Positions 20,782 to 29,909 of a stretch of 41,582 bases of DNA are shown in pieces. Made by a program: the position numbers and the translations under genes. Source of the stretch: Candidatus Aminicenantes bacterium (lineage in GTDB: Bacteria > Acidobacteriota > Aminicenantia > UBA2199); assembly GCA_016926835.1 (NCBI GenBank), contig JAFGNX010000008.1:1-41582 (forward strand), read 5' to 3'. The stretch's first letter is position 1. Every line of letters starts with the position of its first letter. Under the pieces are notes generated by a model. The model was not told where the DNA came from. It did no database searches and saw only the letters and a program-made list of their open reading frames with translations.

Positions 20782-22531
20782 CCTCTCCCTTTACGGCAAC
20801 AAGGTTGATCAGAATATACGCCAGGATCGACGCGACTCCCACCAGTTGCAGAAACAACGGAACCGCGGCAAATGTTTCCTTGAATGCATGCCTGGACGTC
20901 CAGAAAAATGCCAGCAGGAAATACACCGGTGTGGCCAGCAGAATATATGCAGTGAGCCGGGAGCGGGCAATCAGGTTCAAACCGGGCACAATCAGGGACA
21001 GGCCCAGTGTAAGGACTCTTTCAGAGCGCCGGCGACGCACCAACTCCTTTTCCTTGATCACCTTGGCCTCCAGGAACATGACGTCCTTGATCATGAATAA
21101 CTGGTAACACTCATTGCACAACTTATAGGAGCGATGAACCGCCGTGCGGTCAATGTGCTTTCCACACTTGGAACAGCGAATGCTTTTGCCGATTCCTGAA
21201 AACACTTTGGGGATCAAAAAGAGATACAAAAAAAACAGCAAAAGTGACCATGCTGCGGGAAATTCAACCACCGCGTTTCCCCAGTTTCTCAGAAATGCGG
21301 CAATGGATACCTGCGGGTGACCCTGACTGAACAGTCTGCGCCACAGAAAGAGGGGATCCGGCATGGGTTGTTTCAATTGGAGATATTGCGCTTTGAGTTC
21401 CTTTATCTGCGGATAACGCTGAATATAGGAGTCCAATAATTTGCGGTTGCCGTTTTCCAGCAACGCCAGCGTGAAATTGTTTAAGGAAACAGGATCCTTG
21501 TCATCCAGCTGCAATGCGAGCCTCAGGTTTGCAATGCACTCCTTGATATTGCCGAAACGGTATTGAATACCCGCCAATAACTGATATTTGAGTTTTCCAC
21601 GAAATTCTTCGCCGCTTGACTCCAGTAATTCCAACGCCTTTTCCAGGTTTCCCGCTTCGTACTCGTTAAAAGCCCGCATCACCACCAGTTGGGGATCCAA
21701 TCCGGTAATCTCTTTCGCTTCAAGGGGCTGGCCGGAAAAGACTTTCAGGGTCGTAGCGAACTCCCTGGACTGCACGGAACGATCCAGAACAAGTTGAAAC
21801 GCGGCCAACAGGATCACCGCGGTAAAAACCAGCAAGCCGGTCAGGATACTTTTTCTTTCCGGGCGTTCCAGGTATACCCACAGGAAACCCAGGATCAGGA
21901 AAGCCAGGGCTCCCCAGCCCGGGCCCACGACCAGCGGCCATACCAGAAGCACTATCACGGCAACAGACTGAATCCAGTTGACACGCCACTCGCCGTCCCT
22001 GAACAGGTCTGTCTGGGCCAATGGGAAGTATCTGAACAGCAGCATCACGGCCAGAACCATGAATACCCAGCAAACCGCTATGAACAGTGAATTCAGTATA
22101 CGGTTCAACAGAAGATAGGCGGGATGGAAATTCTGCAGCAGCTGCGGAACCTGCCGGAAGGCGGAGGGCAAGTGCAGGGGGGTCTGGTGTTTGCCGACAT
22201 GCAACTCGTTGAGTTTGTTAAACAGTTTCCATTCAGACGCGTTGACCCGCAGGGCCTGCCGGAAAAACCGCTCAGCCAGGTCGGGCTTTCCCTCACGGCG
22301 ATAGTGGTCCCCGTAGCCTTCCAGGATCCGGGCGATAAAACGTTTCCGGGCATGGGTGTCGGCGGAAGTATCCAGTTGTTCGAGTTGCCGGATCATCGCT
22401 TCCGTCTGTTCCTGCGAATGATAGAGGTTCACTTTGCGAATTACGCTGAGGGAATCTTCGACCGTTCCCGGAACTTGCATGGGCAGCAACGCGCCCAACA
22501 GCAAGCAACCCAACCACGCCCTGATCTTCAT
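20768..22531 (-). CDS. TPR-containing multi-pass membrane protein with CxxC..CxxC zinc ribbon
   Basis: Signal peptide, TPR-like helices, TM blocks, CSKCG..CNEC; overlaps both neighbours. Confidence 0.75.
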   Translation of the reverse strand: MKIRAWLGCLLLGALLPMQVPGTVEDSLSVIRKVNLYHSQEQTEAMIRQLEQLDTSADTHARKRFIARILEGYGDHYRREGKPDLAERFFRQALRVNASEWKLFNKLNELHVGKHQTPLHLPSAFRQVPQLLQNFHPAYLLLNRILNSLFIAVCWVFMVLAVMLLFRYFPLAQTDLFRDGEWRVNWIQSVAVIVLLVWPLVVGPGWGALAFLILGFLWVYLERPERKSILTGLLVFTAVILLAAFQLVLDRSVQSREFATTLKVFSGQPLEAKEITGLDPQLVVMRAFNEYEAGNLEKALELLESSGEEFRGKLKYQLLAGIQYRFGNIKECIANLRLALQLDDKDPVSLNNFTLALLENGNRKLLDSYIQRYPQIKELKAQYLQLKQPMPDPLFLWRRLFSQGHPQVSIAAFLRNWGNAVVEFPAAWSLLLFFLYLFLIPKVFSGIGKSIRCSKCGKHIDRTAVHRSYKLCNECYQLFMIKDVMFLEAKVIKEKELVRRRRSERVLTLGLSLIVPGLNLIARSRLTAYILLATPVYFLLAFFWTSRHAFKETFAAVPLFLQLVGVASILAYILINLVAVKGEDDGL

Positions 22532-22785
22532 TTGCCGCCCCCATTGGTGGCACCCTGCTCTAACACCAGGCGCAGGTTATGAACCGCTGATTTCAGGAAA
22601 TCCGCTTCATTCAGGGAAAGATTCCCTTGTGTTTTTTCCATCAAGACCTCCAGGAGATCAAGAAATACTCGAGCTTTCTCGGGTTGCTTGCGCGTCTCGT
22701 GAGTGATTGGATCTGGAATGGCCCCGATGTTGATCATCCCCTGGGTGGCCAGCAAAACGGTAATGGCATTGATGTCGCGTTTCAT
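22528..22785 (-). CDS. DUF1844 family protein
   Basis: From ATG 22785: G.IPDPIT..A..FLDLLEVL.EKTQGNLS..E..FL pattern. Confidence 0.85.
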   Translation of the reverse strand: MKRDINAITVLLATQGMINIGAIPDPITHETRKQPEKARVFLDLLEVLMEKTQGNLSLNEADFLKSAVHNLRLVLEQGATNGGGK

Positions 22786-22829
22786 GATTTCCCTTTGTAA
22801 AAATGCCCCCGGGATATTCTGTCGCTGGC

Positions 22830-22858
22830 TTGCACTGCAGCAGGTTTCATCATATGAT
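22830..22858 (+). promoter_or_regulatory. Putative sigma70 promoter of mazG
   Basis: TTGCAC-17 bp-TATGAT. Confidence 0.5.
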
Positions 22859-22900
22859 TGTGATGGTAATATACCATAACCGGCGTACGAAAAAAAAGCC

Positions 22901-23749
22901 ATGAGAGAATTCGACCTTTTGATCCGACTGATGAAACGCCTGCGCAGCCCAGTGAACGGCTGCCCCTGGGACCGGAGCCAGACCCCCGGGAGCCTGGCGA
23001 AACACATTATCGAAGAAGCCAATGAGCTGGCTGCAGCCATTCAATCCGGATGCGTGGATTCACAAATAGACGAACTGGGAGACGTATTGCTGCAGGTGGT
23101 TTTTTTATCGCGAATCCATCAGGAAAAAGGGCACTTTTCAATCCGCGATGTCATTCACCGGCTTCGCTGCAAGTTAATCCGTCGCCACCCCCATATTTTC
23201 GGCTCGCTTCGCGCGGAAACAGCGGCTGAAGTCAAACAGTTGTGGGAACAGGTCAAAAGCCGGGAGAAAGGACGTGACAGCGTCATTTCCGATTATCCCA
23301 ACAGCATGCCCGCCCTGTCGGTTGCCGCCAGAATCGGCGAACAGGCCGCCGCCGTCGGTTTTGACTGGTGCGGATTGCCGGATTCGCAGAACGAGCCCGG
23401 TGCCCGGCGTCACGCTGCGGAACTGGCCCTGGAAAAAATTTCGGAAGAAACCCGGGAACTGAAATACGCCATCAAACACAAAGATTCGGCACAGGTCGCT
23501 GAAGAGTTGGGGGATCTGATCTTTTCCACGGTGAATGTGGCAAGGCTGCTGGGCATAAACGCCGAATCAGCCCTGCAGGCAGCCAATTTCAAATTCACCC
23601 GACGCTTTCGGTCCATGGAATCCCGTCTGCGCGAAAAAGGTGGGTTTCCCGCCCGCCTGAGCCTGGAAGAATGGGAAACCCTTTGGCGGGATTGCAAAGA
23701 AGAAGAGTTGAAGAGTTGGAAAGTTGAGAGGAAAGAAATTGAAAAGTAG
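22901..23749 (+). CDS. mazG: Nucleoside triphosphate pyrophosphohydrolase MazG (tandem domain)
   Basis: GCPWDRSQT, EE..E, ELGDVLLQV, KLIRRHPHIF, GFDW, EELGDLIF, KFTRRF. Confidence 0.97.
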   Translation: MREFDLLIRLMKRLRSPVNGCPWDRSQTPGSLAKHIIEEANELAAAIQSGCVDSQIDELGDVLLQVVFLSRIHQEKGHFSIRDVIHRLRCKLIRRHPHIFGSLRAETAAEVKQLWEQVKSREKGRDSVISDYPNSMPALSVAARIGEQAAAVGFDWCGLPDSQNEPGARRHAAELALEKISEETRELKYAIKHKDSAQVAEELGDLIFSTVNVARLLGINAESALQAANFKFTRRFRSMESRLREKGGFPARLSLEEWETLWRDCKEEELKSWKVERKEIEK

Positions 23750-23773
23750 GGGCGGTTCGCGAACCGCGTGTAC
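23705..23773. repeat. Octamer repeats plus GTAG-type REP overlapping mazG 3' end
   Basis: GAGTTGAA GAGTTGGA AAGTTGAG (23705-23728); GTAGGGGCGGTTCGCGAACCGCGTGTAC (23746-23773) containing a perfect 16-bp palindrome. Confidence 0.75.
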
Positions 23774-23846
23774 ACTGTGACCTAATACCTGCTTTACTTC
23801 ACTTGACACTCACCAGTTTTATACTCGATTCAGCTACCGGGATGGA

Positions 23847-24341
23847 TTACTGTTCGACCTGACCAAAATCATCCGGACACAGAGAGTTGAACCACTCTTC
23901 CAGTTTCTCGTCACTGTGGATGAAATTGCAGAAAAAATCCGATAAGATCGAAGTGCTGTATACGTATTGCGAGATAAAAATCGGCGCATGGCTTTTCAAG
24001 GCAATGGCCACCGCATCTGAGGGGCGGCAATCCACTACGGACAGATCGTTGTCGCGGCGAATATGGAGTTCCGCATAGTACGTGTTTTCCACGATATCCG
24101 TTACCACCACTTTTTCCAATTTCGCACTGAATTGAAACAGCATGTTTTTAAAAAGATCGTGCGTCATGGGACGGGGCGCTGCGATATCCTCCAGCTCCAT
24201 GGTGATGGCATTGGCTTCGTATCCGCCTATCCAGATTGGAATGATTTTTTTGTCCTGAAGGGGCTTCAGGATCATTACCGGGGATTTTGAGATGGGGTCC
24301 ATAATCAGGCCCATCAATTTCACTTCTATCAGTTTTTCCAT
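23847..24341 (-). CDS. Bifunctional nuclease family protein (DUF151)
   Basis: IPIWIG..EA.AI, RPMTHDL, DCRPSDAVAIAL motifs. Confidence 0.95.
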   Translation of the reverse strand: MEKLIEVKLMGLIMDPISKSPVMILKPLQDKKIIPIWIGGYEANAITMELEDIAAPRPMTHDLFKNMLFQFSAKLEKVVVTDIVENTYYAELHIRRDNDLSVVDCRPSDAVAIALKSHAPIFISQYVYSTSILSDFFCNFIHSDEKLEEWFNSLCPDDFGQVEQ

Positions 24342-24378
24342 TATCCGTATTCAGCGGCGGAGCAGGTTCCGGTCAATC

Positions 24379-24407
24379 TATATAGTATGATTCGACGGAT
24401 TTGTCAA
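24379..24407 (-). promoter_or_regulatory. Putative sigma70 promoter of the DUF151 gene
   Basis: TTGACA-17 bp-TATATA on minus strand. Confidence 0.5.
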
Positions 24408-24496
24408 TTATATTTTATGCGTATGCAGTTGCCGATGCATCGGATATACTTTGAAATTTTACTTGATTCCAAGTCACAGAGCTCATCAACATTACC

Positions 24497-24526
24497 TTGA
24501 CACCCGATTCTTCTATGTGCTACATT
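24497..24526 (+). promoter_or_regulatory. Putative sigma70 promoter of nifJ
   Basis: TTGACA-18 bp-TACATT with TG extension. Confidence 0.55.
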
Positions 24527-24616
24527 TCTTTGTGAAAGAAAACATGCCTGCAATTTACTTTCGAACCATCCGCAGAGATGATTCAGTCTCTGTCGGGCCT
24601 ATTCAGAGGAGACGAG

Positions 24617-27600
24617 ATGAAACACAATCAAGCAACCATTGACGGCAACACCGCCGCCGCCCACGTCGCCTACGCGTTCAGCGAAGTGGCGGCCATTTAC
24701 CCCATTACACCTTCTTCCGCCATGGGGGAACTGGCCGATGCGTGGGCCGCGCGAGACCGTTTGAATATTTTCGGCCAGAAACTGGATGTGATCGAGATGC
24801 AGTCTGAAGCCGGCGCGGCCGGCGCCGTTCACGGCTGCCTTTCCGCCGGATCGATGACCACTACTTTTACGGCATCCCAGGGCCTGCTCCTGATGATCCC
24901 CAACATGCACAAAATCGCCGGCGAAATGCTGCCCGCCGTATTCCACGTTTCCGCCCGTTCCCTGGCCGCGCAATCCCTTTCGATCTTTGGTGATCATTCC
25001 GACGTCATGTCCGTGCGCAATACCGGCTGGGGATTGATGGCCGCCGCCTCTGTCCAGGAAGTCATGGACCTGGCCGTTGTATCCCACCTGGCAACCCTGG
25101 AAGCACGCATACCCTTTGTTAACTTCTTTGACGGTTTCCGCACTTCCAATGAAATCCAGAAAGTCGAGGTAATCGATTACGATACCCTGGCAGCCATGCT
25201 GGATATGCGGTATGTGGAAGCTTTCCGGCATCTGGCATTGAATCCGGACAAGCCGTTCGCCAAAGTGGGCGCCCAGAATCCGGATGTGTATTTTCAGGGA
25301 CGTGAAACAGTCAACAACCACTATCTGCGTGTTCCGGAACTGGTCCAGAAATACATGGATCAACTGGCTGCCAGAGTGGGCCGCCAATACCATCTTTTTG
25401 ATTACATCGGCGCGCCGGATGCGGACAAAGTCATTATATCCATGGGTTCCAGTTGCGACACCATTGAGGAAACCATCAACTACCTCTGCGCCCGCGGAGA
25501 AAAAGTCGGCGCGGTCAAGGTCCGTCTTTACCGCCCGTTCAGTGTCGAAGCTTTCCTTTCCACCCTGCCGCAAAGCGTGCGGAGCATCGCCGTGCTGGAC
25601 CGTACCAAAGAACCCGGCTCCATTGGTGAGCCCCTTTACCTGGACATCAAAACCGCTCTGTCCGGCCGTGACATCCAGATTATCGGCGGCCGCTACGGCC
25701 TCAGTTCAAAAGAGTTCACTCCCACCATGGTCAAGGCCGTTTACGACCACCTGGAGGGCAAAGCGTTCCACGGGTTCACCGTGGGCATCAACGACGACGT
25801 CTCAAACCTCTCAATTCCAATGGGACCGGAGATCTCCACCGAGCCCAAGGACGTCAAACGCTGCATTTTCTGGGGCCTGGGTTCTGATGGAACCGTAGGC
25901 GCCAACAAGAACTCCATCAAAATCATCGGCGATCACACAGACATGTACGCCCAGGGATATTTCTCCTACGATTCCAAAAAATCAGGCGGGATCACCATCT
26001 CGCACCTGCGATTCGGCAAAAGTCCCATCCAGTCTCCCTACCTGATCCGCCAGGCCGAATTCATAGCCCTGCATAACCCCGCCTTTATCGGACGCTACGA
26101 TATTCTGCAAGGTATTACCGAAGGCGGCACCTTCCTGCTCAACTCCGATTGGTCAAATAAAGAAGCATTTTCTCACCTGACACGCGATATGCAGGAAACC
26201 ATCATTCAAAAAAAGATCCGCTTCTACAATATCGATGCTTTGAGCATTGCCCGTGAAGTGGGATTGGGCAACCGCATCAACACCGTGATGCAGGCTGCCT
26301 TTTTCAAAGTGTCCGGTGTGCTTGAGGAAGAGGAAGCCATCCGCCTGATCAAGGACAGCATAGAGAAGTCCTACCAGAAAAAGGGCGAACACATCGTTAA
26401 AATGAACTGGGAAGCGGTTGACCGCACCAGCGCGGCGCTTGAGCGCGTTCCCGTCCCGGATAGCCTGGACGCGATCACAGACAGCCACGAACCCGCGCGC
26501 CTGATCGCTGGGGACGCCACGGATTTCGCCCGCCATGTAATCCGTCCCATCATGCACCTGAAGGGAGATGAAATCCCCGTATCAAAAATGCCTCTGGATG
26601 GCAGCGTACCCACCGGAACCACGCGATTGGAAAAGCGTGGAATCGCCCCGGAAGTGCCCCGCTGGATTGCCGATAACTGCATTCAATGCAACATGTGTTC
26701 GCTGGTCTGTCCCCATGCGGCCATCCGCGCCAAGCAGATTCCGCCCGCGGAGTTGGAGTCCGCCCCGGAATCCTTCACTACGCTGAAATCCAACACCAAG
26801 AACGATCATGATCTCGCATTCAAGGTCCAGGTATACATCGAAGACTGCACCGGCTGCGGCAATTGCATCAACATCTGCCCGGCCAAGGAAAAAGCCCTGA
26901 TTTTCAGCCCGATCGAAACCGAGCGCAAAGCCGGAGAGAATGTGAACGAGGCTTTTTTTGAATCGTTGCCGGACAACATTACCGAAGGTGTGCCGGAATC
27001 GGGATTCAAGGCCTCCCAGTTCCGCACTCCCCTGTTTGAATTCTCCGGCGCATGTGCCGGCTGCGGCGAAACCCCTTATGTGAAGCTGTTAACCCAGCTG
27101 TTTGGTGAACGCCTGTTGATCGCCAACGCCACGGGATGCTCTTCAATCTACGGCGGCACCTTCCCCACCATTCCTTATACCCAGTCGAAACGCGGAAAAG
27201 GACCGGCCTGGGCCAACTCGTTGTTTGAAGACAACGCTGAATACGGTTTCGGCATGCGCCTGGCTGTGGACGCCAACCGGCGTCAACTGCGCGCCAACCT
27301 GGAAAAACTCCTGGCATCGGTCACGGATAAAAACCTGTCGGTTGCCGTCCGTGATTTGCTGGATAACTGGAACGACACCGGTGAGCCCGCTCAGAACCGT
27401 GCCCGCATCGCAAAAGAACTCCTGGCTTCGGCGCTGGAAGCCGCCGCTGCGGATCAACTTCCTCTGCTGCGGAAAATCATCGAATTGAAGGATTACATGG
27501 TCAACCGTTCCGTCTGGTGCCTCGGTGGTGACGGCTGGGCCTATGACATCGGTTACGGCGGCCTGGATCACGTGCTGGCATCCAACCGCAACATCAACAT

Positions 27601-28147
27601 CCTGGTATTGGACACCGAGGTTTACTCGAATACCGGCGGACAGGCATCCAAGGCCACCCCCCTGGCATCAACCGCCAAGTTCGCGGCCGCGGGAAAACGT
27701 ACGGCCAAAAAAGACCTCGGCCTGATCAGCATGAGCTACGGTTACATCTACGTGGCATCCATCTCGCTGGGCGCCAACCCCAACCAGGCCGTCAAGGCCT
27801 TCCAGGAAGCCGAAGCCTATAACGGCCCCTCCCTGATTATCGCCTACGCGCCGTGCATTGCCCACGGCATTGACATGAGCCGCACCTATGAAGAAGAAAA
27901 AAACGCCGTGATCTCGGGATACTGGCCGCTTTATCGCTACAACCCGTCCCTGGCGGAAGAAAACAAGAACCCCTTCATCTACGAATCCAGAGATCCCAAG
28001 ATGGACATGATGGACTTCCTGATGAATGAAACCCGTTACAATACGCTGCGCCGGCAATTCCCCGAAATCGCCGATGATTTGTACCGCCGTGCTGTTGAAT
28101 CCAAACAGGATAAGCACGAGTACTACAAGAAACTCAGTCAGTTGTAA
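24617..28147 (+). CDS. nifJ: Pyruvate:ferredoxin (flavodoxin) oxidoreductase, single-chain type
   Basis: AIYPITPSS, GLGSDGTVGANKN, two CxxCxxCxxxCP ferredoxin motifs, GACAGCGE, GGDGWAYDIG; GAGGAG RBS before ATG 24617. Confidence 0.99.
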   Translation: MKHNQATIDGNTAAAHVAYAFSEVAAIYPITPSSAMGELADAWAARDRLNIFGQKLDVIEMQSEAGAAGAVHGCLSAGSMTTTFTASQGLLLMIPNMHKIAGEMLPAVFHVSARSLAAQSLSIFGDHSDVMSVRNTGWGLMAAASVQEVMDLAVVSHLATLEARIPFVNFFDGFRTSNEIQKVEVIDYDTLAAMLDMRYVEAFRHLALNPDKPFAKVGAQNPDVYFQGRETVNNHYLRVPELVQKYMDQLAARVGRQYHLFDYIGAPDADKVIISMGSSCDTIEETINYLCARGEKVGAVKVRLYRPFSVEAFLSTLPQSVRSIAVLDRTKEPGSIGEPLYLDIKTALSGRDIQIIGGRYGLSSKEFTPTMVKAVYDHLEGKAFHGFTVGINDDVSNLSIPMGPEISTEPKDVKRCIFWGLGSDGTVGANKNSIKIIGDHTDMYAQGYFSYDSKKSGGITISHLRFGKSPIQSPYLIRQAEFIALHNPAFIGRYDILQGITEGGTFLLNSDWSNKEAFSHLTRDMQETIIQKKIRFYNIDALSIAREVGLGNRINTVMQAAFFKVSGVLEEEEAIRLIKDSIEKSYQKKGEHIVKMNWEAVDRTSAALERVPVPDSLDAITDSHEPARLIAGDATDFARHVIRPIMHLKGDEIPVSKMPLDGSVPTGTTRLEKRGIAPEVPRWIADNCIQCNMCSLVCPHAAIRAKQIPPAELESAPESFTTLKSNTKNDHDLAFKVQVYIEDCTGCGNCINICPAKEKALIFSPIETERKAGENVNEAFFESLPDNITEGVPESGFKASQFRTPLFEFSGACAGCGETPYVKLLTQLFGERLLIANATGCSSIYGGTFPTIPYTQSKRGKGPAWANSLFEDNAEYGFGMRLAVDANRRQLRANLEKLLASVTDKNLSVAVRDLLDNWNDTGEPAQNRARIAKELLASALEAAAADQLPLLRKIIELKDYMVNRSVWCLGGDGWAYDIGYGGLDHVLASNRNINILVLDTEVYSNTGGQASKATPLASTAKFAAAGKRTAKKDLGLISMSYGYIYVASISLGANPNQAVKAFQEAEAYNGPSLIIAYAPCIAHGIDMSRTYEEEKNAVISGYWPLYRYNPSLAEENKNPFIYESRDPKMDMMDFLMNETRYNTLRRQFPEIADDLYRRAVESKQDKHEYYKKLSQL

Positions 28148-28204
28148 CCCGCCGCGGGGATGGGGGCAGCCGTCTCCATCCCCGCCGCTTATGGAGATCC
28201 GTTC

Positions 28205-29008
28205 ATGAAAAGAGCGCCCAAAGCCTATAAAAACATTGAATTCCTGCAATCCCACCACGCCCGTCCTCTACGCATCCTGGCGGAATATCTTGAACCGGAA
28301 TCCCGTTTTCACAAATTGGGCATTCTTCATTCAGTGGTTTTTTTCGGTTCCGCGCGGGTCAAATCCTCGCGTGAAGGCGGTGGCCCGACCGCGCGCTACT
28401 ACGATGCCGCGGAGGAATTGGCTTACCTGATCGCCAATTGGGCCAAAATGCAGGGAAGCATCGGCCGCAGCCTGGCTATCTGCTCCGGCGGCGGTCCGGG
28501 GATCATGGAAGCGGCCAATCGGGGAGCATCCAGAGCGGATTTCCATTCCATCGGTTTGAATGTATCCTTGCCCCACGAACAATTTCCCAACCCGTATATA
28601 TCCCCCGAACTCAACTTCGAATTTCACTACTTCTTTATGCGCAAATTGTGGTTCCTCTTACATGCCAAGGCGCTGATCTGTTTTCCCGGAGGCTTCGGCA
28701 CCATGGACGAGCTGTTTGAAACCCTCACCCTGGTGCAAACACATAAAGTGCACAAACACAACCTGTCGATCATGCTGTATGATCGGGAATACTGGCGCGA
28801 TCTGATCAACTTCGACAAGTTGGTGAATCATGGATTCATTGCCAGAGAGGACCTGGATCTGTTTCATTTCTTTGACACGCCGGCAGCGGGCATGACCTAC
28901 CTCGAACCCCGCCTGCTGCGGTGTATTGAAGCGTTCAACCAGCAGGGAAACGGCACTCGCAGTCAGACCTTGCAGAGCTCACCCATTCTGCCGCCGGAAG
29001 AGGAATAA
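28205..29008 (+). CDS. LOG family nucleotide phosphoribohydrolase (Rossmann fold)
   Basis: FFGSAR, SGGGPGIMEAANRGA, YFFMRK, PGGFGTMDE. Confidence 0.93.
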   Translation: MKRAPKAYKNIEFLQSHHARPLRILAEYLEPESRFHKLGILHSVVFFGSARVKSSREGGGPTARYYDAAEELAYLIANWAKMQGSIGRSLAICSGGGPGIMEAANRGASRADFHSIGLNVSLPHEQFPNPYISPELNFEFHYFFMRKLWFLLHAKALICFPGGFGTMDELFETLTLVQTHKVHKHNLSIMLYDREYWRDLINFDKLVNHGFIAREDLDLFHFFDTPAAGMTYLEPRLLRCIEAFNQQGNGTRSQTLQSSPILPPEEE

Positions 29009-29024
29009 GGTGCGGCCGCGGGGC

Positions 29025-29053
29025 TTGACGAAGAAGAGATGATCTGATAATAT
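29025..29053 (+). promoter_or_regulatory. Promoter of tRNA-Lys
   Basis: TTGACG-17 bp-TAATAT. Confidence 0.55.
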
Positions 29054-29068
29054 CCCCTTTTCCCGCAT

Positions 29069-29141
29069 GGCCCCTTAGCTCAATTGGCAGAGCATCTGAC
29101 TCTTAATCAGAGGGTTGAAGGTTCGATTCCTTCAGGGGTCA
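29069..29141 (+). tRNA. tRNA-Lys (anticodon CTT), CCA not encoded
   Basis: GGCCCCTTAGCTCAATTGGCAGAGCATCTGACTCTTAATCAGAGGGTTGAAGGTTCGATTCCTTCAGGGGTCA cloverleaf. Confidence 0.96.
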
Positions 29142-29201
29142 TGTCCATCCCCTTTCAAAACATGTGACGGACGATTCGTGAGCCGACCGCGATCCGTCTT
29201 G

Positions 29202-29864
29202 TCATTTGCCACCCGATTCCAGGCCGGTTTGCTCAACATCACCGTCCATTGTTTTCAACAGAACGCTGGAACCTCCGCCACAGCTGATAATGGTACGCAT
29301 GGCAGTTTCCACGGATATGTTCAGACGGTGAACATCCTCTTCGAGCAAATGGCATAGAAGACCCGTAGTGGGATTCAGCGCTGATGGGAAAAACACCGTC
29401 ACCCTTCCAGCAGGGGCATACTCATCTGTTATGAATCCCGTCATCAATGTATTTCCACCGAAAACCCGCCCCAGAACCACGCCCGAAAAGGGCCGTTTCC
29501 CGCTGCCCAAAAGCTGCTTGAGTGTTTCCTTAAACAAAGAGTACCCAGGCGCGATTCGCGAGAGGTAGTTCTCCATGCTTTCCAGCAGCCAGTTCCCCAG
29601 ACGTGTCCTTACAATCAATCCGGTCAGGAAGCAAACAGCCACAACCAGCACCACGGCAACTGTCTGCGCAGCCAGTTCCTGGAGAGCTGCCGTTTCTATC
29701 AGGGTACGGGTGATGGGTTGGATGAGGGCCACTCCCGTCCGATACAGCCAGCGCAGCAACAGGAATGAAAGCAGTATGGGAAGCAATACGGCCACGCCAC
29801 CCAGAACAGTGATCCTGACAAAACGAGCCAGCCTTGACCACAAAGCAAAAGGTTGCTTTTTCAT
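29202..29864 (-). CDS. DUF502 family membrane protein
   Basis: GG..VLLP, P.Y...K..L, GFITD, VFFPSALNPTTG, SVETAMR.IISCG. Confidence 0.9.
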   Translation of the reverse strand: MKKQPFALWSRLARFVRITVLGGVAVLLPILLSFLLLRWLYRTGVALIQPITRTLIETAALQELAAQTVAVVLVVAVCFLTGLIVRTRLGNWLLESMENYLSRIAPGYSLFKETLKQLLGSGKRPFSGVVLGRVFGGNTLMTGFITDEYAPAGRVTVFFPSALNPTTGLLCHLLEEDVHRLNISVETAMRTIISCGGGSSVLLKTMDGDVEQTGLESGGK

Positions 29865-29870
29865 AACCCG

Positions 29871-29899
29871 ATTCTGGTCATACTCCGAAAGATTGTCAA
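29871..29899 (-). promoter_or_regulatory. Putative promoter of DUF502 gene (leaderless arrangement)
   Basis: TTGACA-17 bp-CAGAAT-6 nt-ATG on minus strand. Confidence 0.55.
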
Positions 29900-29909
29900 G
29901 CAGACGGGA

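Noticed and set aside
22786-23040. N-terminal extension of the DUF1844 ORF to 23040
   Set aside because: It overlaps mazG antisense and the promoter region; the domain begins at ATG 22785
24530-24547. Rex operator downstream of the nifJ promoter (TTGTGAAAGAAAACATGC)
   Set aside because: Only the left half-site TTGTGAA matches and the right half is poor; plausible for PFOR but not supportable
24599-25573. 324-aa minus ORF
   Set aside because: Entirely antisense to nifJ
29142-29201. Genomic island or att duplication at tRNA-Lys
   Set aside because: No repeat of the tRNA-Lys 3' end and no integrase seen in the window
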